Below are positions 37,410 through 50,809 of a DNA stretch of 64,000 nt, piece after piece. The translations under genes and the position numbers were made by a program. The stretch is from the NCBI GenBank assembly GCA_030265395.1, contig JARFYF010000084.1, forward strand, positions 98,772,773-98,836,772, written 5' to 3'. Origin of the DNA: Rhina ancylostomus. Taxonomy: Eukaryota. The notes under the pieces are model-generated. The model made no database searches, was not told the DNA's origin, and saw only the letters and a program-made list of their open reading frames with translations. Each line of letters starts with the position of its first letter. Positions within the stretch are counted from its first letter, which is position 1.

Positions 37410-37563
37410 CTCATCAAAAAGTGCAAAGATATCTGTTAATGCATCATTAATTGGCAGCTTCAAATAATCAGCAAATATTTTCAGAGTTATCCATTTTCCT
37501 CTCAATTTTTTGGCACTTTCTGCAAGTTCATCCAGTTCCTTTTCAACTTGATTCGGCTTTAAA
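37410..37563 (-). CDS. lpcat1: LPCAT1 internal exon
   Basis: ccag|T TTA AAG...; LKPNQVEKELDELAESAKKLRGKWITLKIFADYLKLPINDALTDIFALFDE; donor GAG|GTAAAC; 154 bp. Confidence 0.93.
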
Positions 37564-38259
37564 CTGGAAAAAATGAACACATACTATAATCACCAGTGTT
37601 AATTCCAAAATTAAAAGTCCAAACATAGTAAAAGTTTAAATTGCTAGCATTTGTTGTTTAGGCAATTGGAAATCAATAGATATCCTGACATGACCAGATC
37701 ATTACCAAGTGTGTGCTTTATTTTGCCACCTTCTTGCGTGTCCAATATTGCCTAAATGATTTAGGGTTAAAACTAGTGTATTTAGAAAAAAACAATTCAA
37801 TATCATTTTCCGTTGAAGTAAAAAGTGTTCATGAAAGTGCATTCTTTGCATTGAGTGTTCACTAAATCAGTCTCTCATCACTTGTACCAATTTTAAAGCA
37901 ATGAGTGATTTGTTTTCATCCAATCAATACTGAATTTTCAAAGAAAGTTGTTGAAAAGGGTAGAGATGATGCACTTCCTGTGCTAGTGCAGACCTATGAA
38001 GTGAAAGATGCCACTTGGCATGCCTGTGCAATGGTGTTTCATAATTTGGAGTTCATTGAACCACTAACAGGGCTGTTTGTAGTAAATGACTGAAGGCTTC
38101 AGCTCTGCTCATTTCATTGTGACTGGTCAGCAAAACTGATGATGTTCCTTTGGAAATTAAAGATAATAATATTTCAGACACTCCTGTTCTTAGCTTTCAG
38201 TTTTGAAGATTTGCTATAGTTCTTACAGCAACCTTCATAAAACAGAAAATTAGGAATTT

Positions 38260-38460
38260 GTTCATTTTTGGGCATGTGGGCATCATTAACAAGGCCACCA
38301 TTTACCATCCATCCATAATTGCCCTCAAAGTGCTGGTGATCCATCTTCTTTAACTGCTGGTAAATACACTCCCACAAATTCCAGGATTTAGACCCAGCAA
38401 TGAAGGAATAATGATGTATTTCTAAGTCAAGATGTGAACAACCTTGCAGGAACACATAAC
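38260..38460 (-). mobile_element. CR1/L2-group LINE 3' tail
   Basis: Reverse complement of the tail seen at 5250-5450 and 40900-41050. Confidence 0.55.
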
Positions 38461-38940
38461 AGAAGATGGCATGATTATTCCAGCTACAATTAAATATTGA
38501 TAATTGAACACAGCAGTTAGCATAGATGAAGAATTTAGAAGTTCCAAAAGAACTGAGGAACCAAAAATTATGATTCTCTGAAGACTATCTCCCTCATTCT
38601 GAAGTAGGCAATATAAACCAGGTCTCAATTACAATTCCAGAAACACTGCCAACTACACAAACATTTTAATCAATAGATTGGTTGGAATCCAAGAAGTTTA
38701 ATCTTAAATTAAACTCACCAATCTCTATCAATTTGAGATAACGACACCTTATTAACGAAGGTAATCAGAGGTAGCAGTTAATTTTATGTCACCCAAGCTA
38801 AACTGAATTGCCTTTGTAAGCTTTATTTCATCTAATCTATTATTTGTTTAATATCTAACTTCTGATTAAGACAAAAAAATAAATGTTGCTGGACTTCAGA
38901 AAATTGGGAAGTGTTAATTAATTCACAGCTACCTGTGAAA

Positions 38941-38983
38941 GAACTGCCAATGGGATCAGTAGGAACTGCCAATGGATCAGTAG
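38941..38983. repeat. 22-bp tandem duplication
   Basis: GAACTGCCAATG(G)GATCAGTAG x2. Confidence 0.85.
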
Positions 38984-39829
38984 GTTAAATATTAATACAA
39001 GCAGAATATCATCTTTAATTCACTTTGGCAAATGAAAAGCAGAGGACAGAAATGTTGGGTTGACATTAAGAAAGTGGTCAAATATACACATTATTGATCT
39101 CTAGATAATGTAGTTATGAAATGTGGAAGGTTTTCACAAGAGGCTACAGCAGGAAAAATCTCAGTCCTTTTTGGATCAAATCAAATGGCATTACCTTTAC
39201 TGTCTTGTCACCCAAATAACTTAATTTTCAAAATGAAAGCTGCATTGCTATTGCTCAGAAAACAGGGGCCAAAACCAGTCTGGATATTTACAACCTCTTC
39301 AACTATCAAATCAGATGGCAAACTATTGAGGCTGCAACGAAGAACTACATACATACTTAACAGCAAACACAACCTGCAACAGACACAGTAAAGCAATCCT
39401 AAGACAGATCCTGCTAAATCTCATCATTGTCAGTAGTGAATAATTACACAGCTAACTGCAGAAGCAGACTCCAAAAACATCTCCATTTTCAACAAATGCT
39501 GGTCCCAGCATGCAAGTAGAAAAGTTAAAGCTTTTGCATTCACAATCATGTTCAGCCAGAAATACTGAGTGGATGACACATGACTGCTTCATCCTGAGGT
39601 CCAGCATTACAGAAGTTAGCCAATTCAAATCACTCCACGTGATATTAAGAAACAGCTGAGCATTCAATACCGCAAAGATAATGGAATTATACAACAACCA
39701 GTTATAGTACTGAAAAGGCCTGCACTCCAGAACCTACTGCACCAAGTGATCTACCCTTTACCCAATGTGAAAAATTGCCTAGTTCCCCTCAGTTTATGAA
39801 AAGTAGGATACGCCCCCAAATATGATGAT

Positions 39830-41050
39830 CTGAGACCAGTCTGGTCTCAATCACTCATAATGCAGAAGTCATCGACCACAGTGCTATCAACCAGCTCCTG
39901 CTCACCTCAATCCAGTTTGTGTTTTGCCAGGATCCCTTGGCTCCAGAGTCCTTCAGAGCCTTGGTTCAAAAGGGATCAGAGTTCTGGAGGCGAGGTGAGA
40001 GTGACTATCCTTGTCTCATGGAAGCAATTGAACATGGCATCAAGAATTTCTGGTAAAACTGAAGGAACTTTGAGGAATCAAGGAAAATAGTTCAATCACT
40101 GGGAGTCATTTCTTGTGTAAAGGAAGATGGTTGATGTAATTAGAAACCAACCATTCTAGCCAGGACACTGCTGAAAGAAAACTATATAATAGGGTGGGTC
40201 ATAGGCCCAACCACCTTCAGATGCTTTATCAACATTCTTCCATCCTGGGGCCAGAAACGCAGACGATTGCACAGTTCCTTCTATTTGGTAGTCCTCAGAG
40301 AAAAGAGCAATCTATGCCTGCACATAGCAGGACCGAGCCAACACATGGAAGTGGGTGGATACATGACAAGTAATATTCACACCACAGAAGAGCCAAGTAA
40401 TAACCAACTCCAACAAGAGAGTGTCCATCAATCTACACTTGACATTCAATGATATTAACATCATCCAATTTCCTACCATCAACATTTTTCGAGGAGGACA
40501 TGATTAGAACTTAAACTGGACTAGCCATATGTACATTGTGATTACAACAGCAGTTCAGAGGCCAGGTATGGTAGCTAACTTCCTGACAACCCAAAGCCTT
40601 TTCACCATCTATAAGCCACAAGTCAGGAGCAGTCTGTAAAGCCTGGATGAGTACAGATCCAAACATTCTCAAGAAGCCTGACAATCTGGATAAAGGAAGA
40701 CACTAAATTAGTACCATCCGTCACCCTAAACATTTCCTCCATCACCAGCACACCGGCTGTAGACCATATCATCCGCAAATTACACTGCAGTTACTCACCC
40801 AGACATCACCTGCTCAACTTGACTGTAATCTCTATCACCAAAGATGACAAGGGCAGCAGGCACAAGGAACACCAGCACCAAAAGGTTCCACTCCAAATCA
40901 CAGACCATTCTGACCTGAAAATGTATACCATTCCTTCGCTGTTGCTGGATCTAAATCCTGAATCTCCTGACCCAATACTACCTTGAAGGTTATTAGAAAT
41001 GGCAATAAACAGTGGTCTTGCCAGCAACATCCAAATCCTAGAAGATGAAT
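39830..41050 (+). mobile_element. Degenerate CR1/L2-group LINE
   Basis: Colinear with 4230-5450. Confidence 0.7.
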
Positions 41051-41477
41051 AAAGTACCGAAAAACAAATTTATTACGATACTTTAGAAATTCTTACTTTT
41101 CAACCTTCTACTAAACTTTATCATTCCCAGCATTTAATTATTCAGCTATTCAGCAAATATTATTTTAAAGCTGTCACAAGTATGATACATGATTGATATA
41201 TCCTAATAAGCAAATTAACATTAACTACTTCAAAACCACAGATGGCACTTTTTAATGCAATGGATGTTCTTTCCATAGATGCGATACAGAGTTTGCATTG
41301 GTGAACTAATAATTAATGCACTAGTCTAAGATATGAAATATGGCTGAAAAGATGACTTTTTCCCCTTGTTTTCTTCTTTTAGAATAGCTGTCATTGTAAG
41401 GAAAGGCATAAAGAAAGCAGCTGGAAATGTGAAATAACAACAGAAAAAATATTTCTCTCTTTTTGAAGATAACCTAC

Positions 41478-41603
41478 TTGAGTTTTCTGACAAGCCTTGC
41501 AAATTCTAGCAGACAAGTATCCAGGGGAAGCTTCAGTTGGCTATCGGACATTACAATCTGACAATCTTCAAATGTATAGTCAGTCACAGGAACACCAAGA
41601 GCT
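41478..41603 (-). CDS. lpcat1: LPCAT1 internal exon
   Basis: ttag|A GCT CTT...; ALGVPVTDYTFEDCQIVMSDSQLKLPLDTCLLEFARLVRKL(N); donor AA|GTAGGT; 126 bp. Confidence 0.95.
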
Positions 41604-42689
41604 CTAAAAGAAACAGATTTAAAAGAGAAAAAGAAATAAATATTACAAAATGTTATGCTTGAACAAGGAACATTTCTTTGAACATTTTGTATACAAATAA
41701 ACTGAACGAACAGTTTAGTAAAAAAAAGTTGCTTGCTCCCTCCCACCAAGCAGCACAAAAGTTATTGGTAATTGAAATACAGTATTTAAAAAAATTCTGC
41801 ATATTCTTAGCGGCAAATGGACCCACAGATTAGACAACTTATACTCTGCAATACGAGAAAAGTAGGTTGTGTTGCTAGAGTTCTTAATCTGGCCATGAAT
41901 AGAGGTTGATCATTTCCTCAGAGGAGACTGGATTACAGCTACTCTAACCCTAACCCCCATGCTCAGTTCAAACTATAACAATGTAACACAATAAACAAAG
42001 TCTAAGATTATGAATTTATGCCAATGCCACTGGTTTCAACCAGAACATAAAAATTAAGCTTTAAGTGAATCCACACACAAATGATTAAAGAGCCTGGGTT
42101 TTGCTGTATATGTGCCAGCAGTTACACATGGAATTGACAGCAAAGTGCTATTTAAGTGCCAGCAAGTTTAAAACTACTGCAGATGCAGCTCCAGTTGGGA
42201 AGTATACAATTCTGTGGCACCTCTCCAACACTAATACTAGGAAATCTGCTTAACTGGTACAGGCACAGGAACTTCTTTAATTTCAATGGAGAGGAACAGC
42301 TAAGTGGAGTCTAGGTTGTGGCCAATTTACATGTTTTAGAATCACCCGAGTTTAAATGTTTTAATTGCTTTCTATTTCTTTTTTAATATTTTGATTAGCT
42401 TCTGATGTTTATCCAATAGCTTTTAATTTACAGATATTCAGAAGCATTTAATATTTTTGACAGCATTGACAAATGGATATGTTTGGTGGTGTGGAATTGG
42501 TGTCTCAAACTACTTAAGCCATTTTCCGGACTGGGCTTGTTCTTACTCTATACCTATTGCCACATCGGTCTTTCTTTTTAAAATACACAGTTGGTTTAAA
42601 CCATTAATAATGTATATTATTTTGCCTGCGAGAACAATGATCCCTTTAAGATTCCAAAGTGAACACCAAATCTCACTGACGTGGCCTAA

Positions 42690-43400
42690 AGTGGGTAATA
42701 ATTATACAAGTGAGAAACGTGGCATTCTTATGACTGCAAAAGTATGGAGGAATATATTTGGAGTATTAAGAGGAATCATGGTGTACAAATCCAATGATGC
42801 CTGAAGATGGCAGCACTGGTAGGCAGTTTTGCAAGGGTGTCATACAGAATGCTGGGCTCTAGCAGTCAGGGCAGAGAATACAAGAGCAAGGAAGTTAGGG
42901 TGCAGCTTTATAAAACATTGGTGAGACCACATCTGCAATATTGTGTACAGTTTTAGTTGCCTCTATATAGAACGGACATGATTGCTAGAAAGGACTAGAA
43001 AGGCTAGGTTTGTTTTTTCCTTGGAGTGGAGAAGGCTGAAGGTGGGGTATGGGGTTGACAGAGGTATACAAAATTATGTTAGGTAGACATTTTCCCCCAG
43101 CAGAGGTGTCCACAGCTAGAAGGCAAGCTTTAAAGTACAGTATAAGAGGTTCAGAGGGGATATAGGGAAGAATTCTTTTTTCTACCCAGAGTGTAGTTGG
43201 AGTTTGGAATGCACTACCTGAGAGGATAGTGGAAGCAGAGACCCTCACAACATTTTAGTGTCTAGATGAGTACTTGAATCGGCATGGCAAAAAGTGGCTA
43301 CGGATCAAGTTTTGGTAAATGGGATTAGTCAAGATGGGTACTTGATTGCTGGCTTGCTCAGCATGGACTACAGGATCTCTTCCTGTGCTGTATGATTCCA
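42690..43400 (+). mobile_element. CR1 3' fragment
   Basis: LYKTLVRPHL.YCVQF and FF.TQ.VVG.WNALPE motifs plus tail. Confidence 0.85.
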
Positions 43401-43816
43401 TAAGAGTTCAGTAGAATAGATGGTAGTGTTTTTCTAACGAAAATACAACACAGAACTGAGGAATTAAATGCTACTCCCTCAAATTTATTGCAGCCTTTAA
43501 TTGAGTGGCTTGCTGGTATAATCAAAAAACTCACTCAATTCAGAGGTATCATCACTGAGAGTTATATGGAGTGAATAAATGAAGAAAAATAACAATACTT
43601 CCAATGCCACAAGCTGCAGCCCAGTGTCAGTGAAGATGAATTGTGAATGAAGTAACTCTAACATGGTCAGGTTCATTTAAAGACACTATGACAAGTCCTC
43701 TCAGTGATCACAACAATGCAAAAAAAATTTCTAAGTGATTACCAAACATTTGTTGGAGGACTTAACTAAATAATTATAGGTTGAGATTCAAATCTAATTA
43801 GTGCTATTATACTTAC

Positions 43817-43899
43817 TTTGCCATTACCTTTCTGACATTGTTTGCATATAAAATGGGATTTTTCCTTTCCTCCTCAGAGGGTGTATAAACTGGCAGAAA
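43817..43899 (-). CDS. lpcat1: LPCAT1 internal exon
   Basis: atag|TTT CTG CCA...; FLPVYTPSEEERKNPILYANNVRKVMA(K); donor AA|GTAAGT; 83 bp. Confidence 0.94.
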
Positions 43900-45019
43900 C
43901 TATTCAAAACAGAAAACAAAAGAATTCTTAAAAAGCATTAAAACACACCCAACTAAATATTCAAGCTACTTATGAAATAATGCAACGTCCTTTAACAATG
44001 TTCTCTGTAATACATATACAATTTACTCAACTTTAAATCAAACTAAACTATTAAAACTTGCACAATGTCTCAGATTTTAGATAAAATCATATGGGCTGTC
44101 AAATTTGTTTGTTTGAACTTCAAGTCTCATTAGATAACGTGTGCTGTGATATATACATTCATGCAGAGGATCTTGCAAAAAAGTTACCAGAACTTCAAGC
44201 TTGAGAACAATGAAAATAAAACAAAACATCTAGGACGTTTTGTGATGGATTAGATTGGTTGAAAGAAAAACTACCTATGTTCATTGTCCATGCAGGAATT
44301 TGGTGTGCAAATATTCCTGAAATTCTAGGTTTCATTTTTACTCTATGTGCAGTGTGGTCTTTGTTACAGATTGTACATAGTATTTTTTCCCAAAAGTATT
44401 CTGATAAAGGGAAATGATATTAAAAATTATTTAAAATGAACTGTGAATTAAGTACTGGAAGCACATTCCATCTCAGATTAAAATACAACCACGCACATCC
44501 TAAATATCAAAGAGTGTAATACCAGTTATCTTCAAAGACAATTCACAATTATTATTTGGGTGGATAAGGACAAATTACTTCTCATTTGAATGCAATTACT
44601 AATGAATGACAAGATGTACTCATTTTCAAAAATTGCAACTAATTTGCTAATTGATTGTTGATTTTGGTATTTTTTCCTCCCTCAATGAGTACAGATACTT
44701 GGATTTAAAAAGTAACAAAAGGAAATAAAACTAAAGATTACCCTGTGGTTTGAATTTTTATGCACAAAGGATGGGCAAGGTCATGATTCCTATGATATTT
44801 GATCACAGGTCTCATGTCTGAAATATTTGTTCAGTGAGTTTCAACTTGCAAACTGCACTTCAATATTAAGGAGGCCTATATAAATATAAAAGATTTTTAA
44901 ATCACAATATAATTGAATAATTCTAATATCTTATTAACTAATGATACTAAAAGATTGATCTTAACCTAAATAAAACACAATGAACATTCTAACCCTCAAA
45001 GTAGTAACTAAAAACTAAC

Positions 45020-45074
45020 CTCCATTTCCACATTATTGTGTAGCTGGCATAAGGTGAGCCATAGGATTTTTAAC
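45020..45074 (-). CDS. lpcat1: LPCAT1 internal exon
   Basis: tcag|G TTA AAA...; LKILWLTLCQLHNNVEME; donor GAG|GTTAGT; 55 bp. Confidence 0.93.
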
Positions 45075-45514
45075 CTGAGAAATAAGATTGTTAGTATGAT
45101 TTCCAAAGTGTGTGATTGATTCAGTAATATTTTACCAGAAAATATTAAATCATGCAATTTATAACACATTTATATATGTGGCATGATATACCATAGTTAT
45201 ATACCAAAACACAAAGTTATATCTTAATAAATTAAATTGAAATAATAATGTACATGGCCCTCAAGCACCTTCAGTAAATATTCAACAAGAGATGCCTTTC
45301 TGAAAGTGGGGTCTTTCCCATGAGTTATGCTGAAATAACACAAAGAGCATTAAGGTCTATTCAGAATGAAAATAAGCATTGAGGCAACAGTCATCTGGTA
45401 TCTACTTTGCTATGCCCCATGAATTACAGACAACAAAGCTTTTTTATCATCCAAGTTCAGTCATTTCACATACTCAAGACAGCAAAGAAAAAGTTAAGGA
45501 CATTTTTAAATGAG

Positions 45515-47745
45515 TCAGTGCCAGTGATAGGCAAATTACTGGGAACATTCTGAGGGATAGGATCATCTATATTTGGAAGATCAGAGATCAAAGATAGTCA
45601 GCAAGGCTTTGTTACGGGCAGATCCTATCTAATTTTTTTGACGAGGCGACAACACGTATTGAGGACAATACGATTGATGTGGCCTAGGCGGCCATCACTA
45701 AGGCTATTGACAAGTTCCGACATGGGAAACTGGTCCAAAAGGTTACAACCCATGGGATCCAAGGCAAGTTGGGAAACTGGATCCAAAATTGGCTTGGTAT
45801 TAAGTAGAGGGTGATGGTACAAGGTTCTTTTTGTGATTGGAAGGCTTGACTAGTGATGTACCAAAGTGACCTGTTCTGGGACCCTTACAGTTTGTTATAT
45901 TCATTAATGATTTGGATATGAATGTAGGAGGCATGATTATTAAGTTCTCAGATGGCTCAAAAAAGTTAGTGTTCTTGATAGAGGTGGTTGCCTTAGGCTA
46001 CAGGATGATACTGATCAGCTGTTAAGATGATACAACAATGACAGATGGCATCTAATCCTGATAATGCAAGGGAATGCACTTTGGGAGGACTAATAAGGGT
46101 AAGATATGCAATAATAAATGGTAGGGCCCCGAGTACTGAGGAACAACAGGGCCTTGGGGTACAACTCTAAGGATCGGTGTAGGTGGCAGCACAGATAAAT
46201 GAAGTGAAGGCGGCATACAGGATATTTGGTGACACAAGACACTGCAGATGCTGGAATCTGGATTGAAAAAACAAACTGCTGGAAGAACTCAGGGGGTCAA
46301 GCAGCATGTGTGAAGATAAAGGGATGGCTGATGTTTCAGCTCAACACCCTACATTAGGGATGAGTGTAGAGGGAAGATAGCCAGAACATAAAAGAAAGAG
46401 AGGCTCTTAGGTGATTATATGGAATCAGATGGGAGATGAGCAGGGTGCTAGAGGGGTAGGGGGAGGAGATGATTGGCAGATGGAGCTGGAGGGGAAATGT
46501 CAAGATAGAGGCTGGTAGGTGATAGGTGGAACCAGATAAGGGAAGAATGATACGCAGATGAAACCAGGTGAGGGAGGGCATAGGGAAGATGAATCAAGGG
46601 AGAAAAACCCAAGTAGATAGATATGTAGGTGATGGGCAGATGGAACCCGAGGAAGGGTTATGAACCTTACTAATATGCTTGGGGGGCAGGGGGTGGAATG
46701 AAGGAGAATGGTGTCAGAGACAGAACCAGGAGTACAAAGGGAGAGAGACCTTGGGTGGATTGGTGGGAGTGGGAAAGGAACATGGGAGAATGGGTTACCT
46801 GAAATTAGAAAATTCAACGTTCCTACTACTGGGCTGCAGGTTACCCATATGGGATTTGAGGTGCTGTTCTTCTAGTTTGCACTTGGCCTCACCATGAGAA
46901 TGGGGAGTTGAAATTACATAAAACCGTAAGCTCTAGATGTCTGTTCAGTGCAGGTGCTCTGCAAAATAGATCAGAGTCTACATTTGGTATCGCCTATGTA
47001 GAGAAGGCAACATCATAAGCATCAAATGCAATAGATCAGGTTGAAGGATGGGCAAGTAAATTTGTGCTTCATCTAGAAGGGCTGTTTAGGGCTCTGGATG
47101 GTGGTGAGGAAGGTGGTGTAGACATAAGTGTTGCAACTCCTACGGTTCAGGCAGAAGTGTCGGGGATAACAATGATTAACAGGATACTTGCCAGGGCACA
47201 AGATACAAGAGCAGATGTTATGGTACAATTTGATAAAACACTAGTTAAGCTACAGTTGGAGAACTGTGTGCAGTTCTGATCACAACAGAATTGGAAGAAC
47301 ATGATTGCACTGGGGATGGTACAGAGGAGATTGACTATTATATTGCATGGGATGAGGGGGCTTCATTTAAGAGGACAGACTAATTAGAATGGGTTTATTT
47401 ACCCTTAAACATAAGAGACTGAGGGGGGACCTGATATGAAGTATACAAAATTATGCGGGGGGGCTACATAGGATAGTTAGTAGGAAACTTCCTCTGAGCA
47501 GAGGTATCGAAAACTGGAGAGCATGGATTTAGAGTAAGAGGATCCAGAGGATGTTTGGAATCTTCAACACACTGCATGAAGGGTGGTGGAGGCAGGTACT
47601 CCCAAACATAAAAGTATTTAGATGAGCACTTGAATTGCCAAGATGTAGAAGGTTACTGACCAAGTGCTGGTAGGGAGGATTAGAATAGATGGTGACATGG
47701 ACATGTTGGGTGGAATGGCTTGTTTTTGTACTGGATGACTATTAT
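45515..47745 (+). mobile_element. Degenerate CR1 LINE ORF2, split by a Penelope insertion
   Basis: RT motifs at 45515-46230; resumes near 47170 with KTLVK.QLENCVQF and the tail. Confidence 0.8.
46231..47150 (-). mobile_element. Penelope-like element 3' part: GIY-YIG endonuclease remnant plus pLTR
   Basis: Minus strand reads IQSPKQPF*MKHKFTCPSFNLIYCI*CL*CCLLYIGDTKCRL (46975-47099), then a pLTR with a degenerate hammerhead at ~46326-46360. Confidence 0.85.
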
Positions 47746-49791
47746 GAAGTGCAACATCAACCAGTGGATATCACTCAGTGGAATAAATTTGTTGCAATGA
47801 TCTCAACAAATCGAAACAGCAGCAGAAAATGGAAAAGCAGAAATGGCAGATAACAGGATACTAAGGGGCTAAAGAAGATACAGTACCCACTCCCCCTCCC
47901 CACATTACAGAGTGGCTGCATTCCTAGAAATCTGTCTGTATTGTGATTTTCTGTAATGTGGACCCCTGACAAAAATTGGTTGTTTCTTTCACATTGTGTT
48001 TTTTTTTTACTTTATCCCCCTCAAATTCTGTAAAGCAAATTTTTATTCTGCATCTCAAAACTTTCTATAGTAATTTGTGAATTCCCCAAGGGTGTATTTC
48101 CGTTACTCGGATTGCTGTACCGTGGGGGTGCAATGCACAGGGGCCTTGTACCCCACTCTGCCATCTTTAGACTTGCACATCAAATATTCCTCGCGAAGCA
48201 AACATTCATGGCTGTGAGGAATTGCCTTTGACTGACATAATTCTAATTAGCAACTCACCCCTTATTTAAGTTACTATCTTGGAACTATTTTAGTGCAGTA
48301 AGTTCTCCACTAACATATCAACTGATGCAATGATTTCAAAGGCTTGCAATTTCACTCAAAACTCTCCTCCAGGGCTTCTGCATTGCTTCTCCACCAGAAA
48401 CAGATAATTCCCATTTAAATGGTAGCCCATGCCATTTTGAAGCAGTGGAACTCTATCTCCAGAATTCAAAAGGACTGCTACCTTGTCTCCCAGCTCCCAT
48501 TTTACTTTCTTCTTAATCCTGTTGTGTTCTATCACTTTTCTTCCACATTTTAATTTCACCAGTTCCTTCCCCCACAATCTCCTGCTCTCTTGCTTCCATT
48601 GGTTATTTGTCCTCCACAGGATACACCTCTTTTCCACACTAGGCTCCTGCTCCTTCTCAAAAGGCCCACATCTTTCTTATGGCTCCTCACTCTTTCCACA
48701 GCACCCAATCTCACTAAAAGATGTACTCCTTTGCTAAAAAAAGTATCTTTCTCAGAAATGCACAGCACTACCTTAAGCATTACTTTGTGTTTGATTATTA
48801 ATGCCATTTCTTCTCACAGATTGAGGCTTAATTCCATCAAGCTAATTTTAGTACATTCTATTTCTACAGTTCTTCCTGAGCTTTTGAGCAGCTCACCACT
48901 TGTAGCCTTGATAAATTTCTCAAATATCTACCCATAGTTTCTACACTGAATGAACCACTGCAAACTCTATCTCCATTTTTCAGTTCCCCCAATCCATAAG
49001 AGCACTTTATCTGGTGAAGTTATTTCTCTCAACCTCACATTCTACGTCTTTGGCCTTACTCACGGTAGGCTTTTAGATCATAGTCGCTTATAAACATTTT
49101 CATACCACTTTCAAATCGCCATACTTTTATACCTATCTACCATCAAGCCTGCCCATTTCCACCTTGACAGTTACAGAAAAAACTATGAAAACTTCAGTGA
49201 TGCAAAACAAAACTCAACTATATTTTAATTGGTTGTTTTTGTAGAAATTGTTTTATGCAGATTTTAATTTTATACTTTGAAAGTACTTGTGAAAAATCAG
49301 GCTGGACTTGTATTTGTAATGTTTTTGAACAAAGCCAATCTCAATAGCAAACTGAAAATTATTTTATCACTATGATGGTTCTTTTGGCCTCATTGCAGTT
49401 GCTGACACCATGTTGAATGATCATCCATTCTGGTTATTAAATGGGCTAAAATTGAACAAAAATCACAAGAGGCAACTCGGCCACTCCTACAGTTAAATGC
49501 ATTAATACTTCAGGAGGTCCTAAGTAACAATGCCCATGCCTTCACCCTTTACTCCAAAAGCTCCTGACTCAACACCAATCCCTGCCAACCTACAAATCTT
49601 TACTGCTGTATAAATGCAAGAATCAGAGAAAAATGCAAAGCACAGTTAGCCAAGAAACAAAATAATCTTTCCGAATTCAATGAAAATTTTAATCTTATTT
49701 TTGCCATCTTCCATTTAAAATCTTAGGAAAGCAGTATGTGCGAAATTACCAGTTTGCTAACAAAAAAGGAACAAAAAATAAATCAACCTAC

Positions 49792-49826
49792 GCTCCAGGT
49801 CCTTGCCAGGTCCAGGTGATTGTATC
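49792..49826 (-). CDS. lpcat1: LPCAT1 internal micro-exon
   Basis: ccag|GAT ACA...; DTITWTWQGPG(A); donor GC|GTAGGT; 35 bp. Confidence 0.93.
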
Positions 49827-49879
49827 CTGGAATTAAAAATTGAAAATCTGATTCAAAATGAGCATTTGTTGAGAGATAG

Positions 49880-50800
49880 TATTATAGACAGAAGTATTCA
49901 AACTGGTTTGAGAGGGATAAATTCCTAGAATGTATACAGGGAAATTACATGCAAAGGAATGTAGTCAACTGTTGAAAGTAGTGCAAGCTTAGAAAACTAT
50001 CTGAAGTCTTGCCCAGTTAACTCTGAAGAAATTCTACTCATGGACTACAAGAGCAAGTCATTAAAAAGAATGGTAAGATTGACAAGAGNNNNNNNNNNNN
50101 NNNNNNNNNNNNNNNNNNNNNNNNNCACAAAGAAAGAATAATCCAGAGATGAGAGTTAAGGTGACTTGAGGCATTGGTGCCAGTGGTGGAGTTAAGGAAC
50201 TGTACAAATTGTTGCAGTTGACACTCAGACTGGATAGGGAGGAATAAAGCCCCTCAAGGTAACAGAAATTTGGCTGTCCTTCTGCAAAAATTGCAGTTTG
50301 CATTCAGGTATAGTAGGCAATGAAGGCAGTAAATGTAATGCTGGTCTGTACTGCAAGGGGAATGGAATACAAGAGATGGGGAAGCTTGCAGCAACTCCAT
50401 GGAAAATGGGTGTGACAAACCTGGAGTACTCACTCCAGTTTTGGATTTTTTTTAAATAGAGGAGCCTTAAGGAACAGTGTAGCAAAGATTCCCTAGATTA
50501 GCTCCTTGGATTATGATGAAAGATCAAGTACAATGGTTTAATACCTACTGAAAGTTGAAAGGATGAGGCTTTGAGGGGACTTGATAGGTGGAATCTGAGA
50601 GGCAGTTTCCACTGGTGGGCAAGTCTAGAAATCCACTTCTGACATGAGGATGAACTGTTTATGTGAGGGTGGTGCATCTCTGGAATTCTCTGCCAGAAAT
50701 CTAAAGATGCCATTATTTAGTAGGTTCAAAGCTTCAATAGATTTTTAGACCTTAGGGGAATCAAGAGCTACAGGGATCAGACATGAAAATTGTGCTTATT
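49880..50800 (+). mobile_element. Very degenerate CR1 fragments
   Basis: NLEYSLQFW-like and RVV..WNSLP-like motifs. Confidence 0.55.
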
Positions 50801-50809
50801 TCTTTGTTT

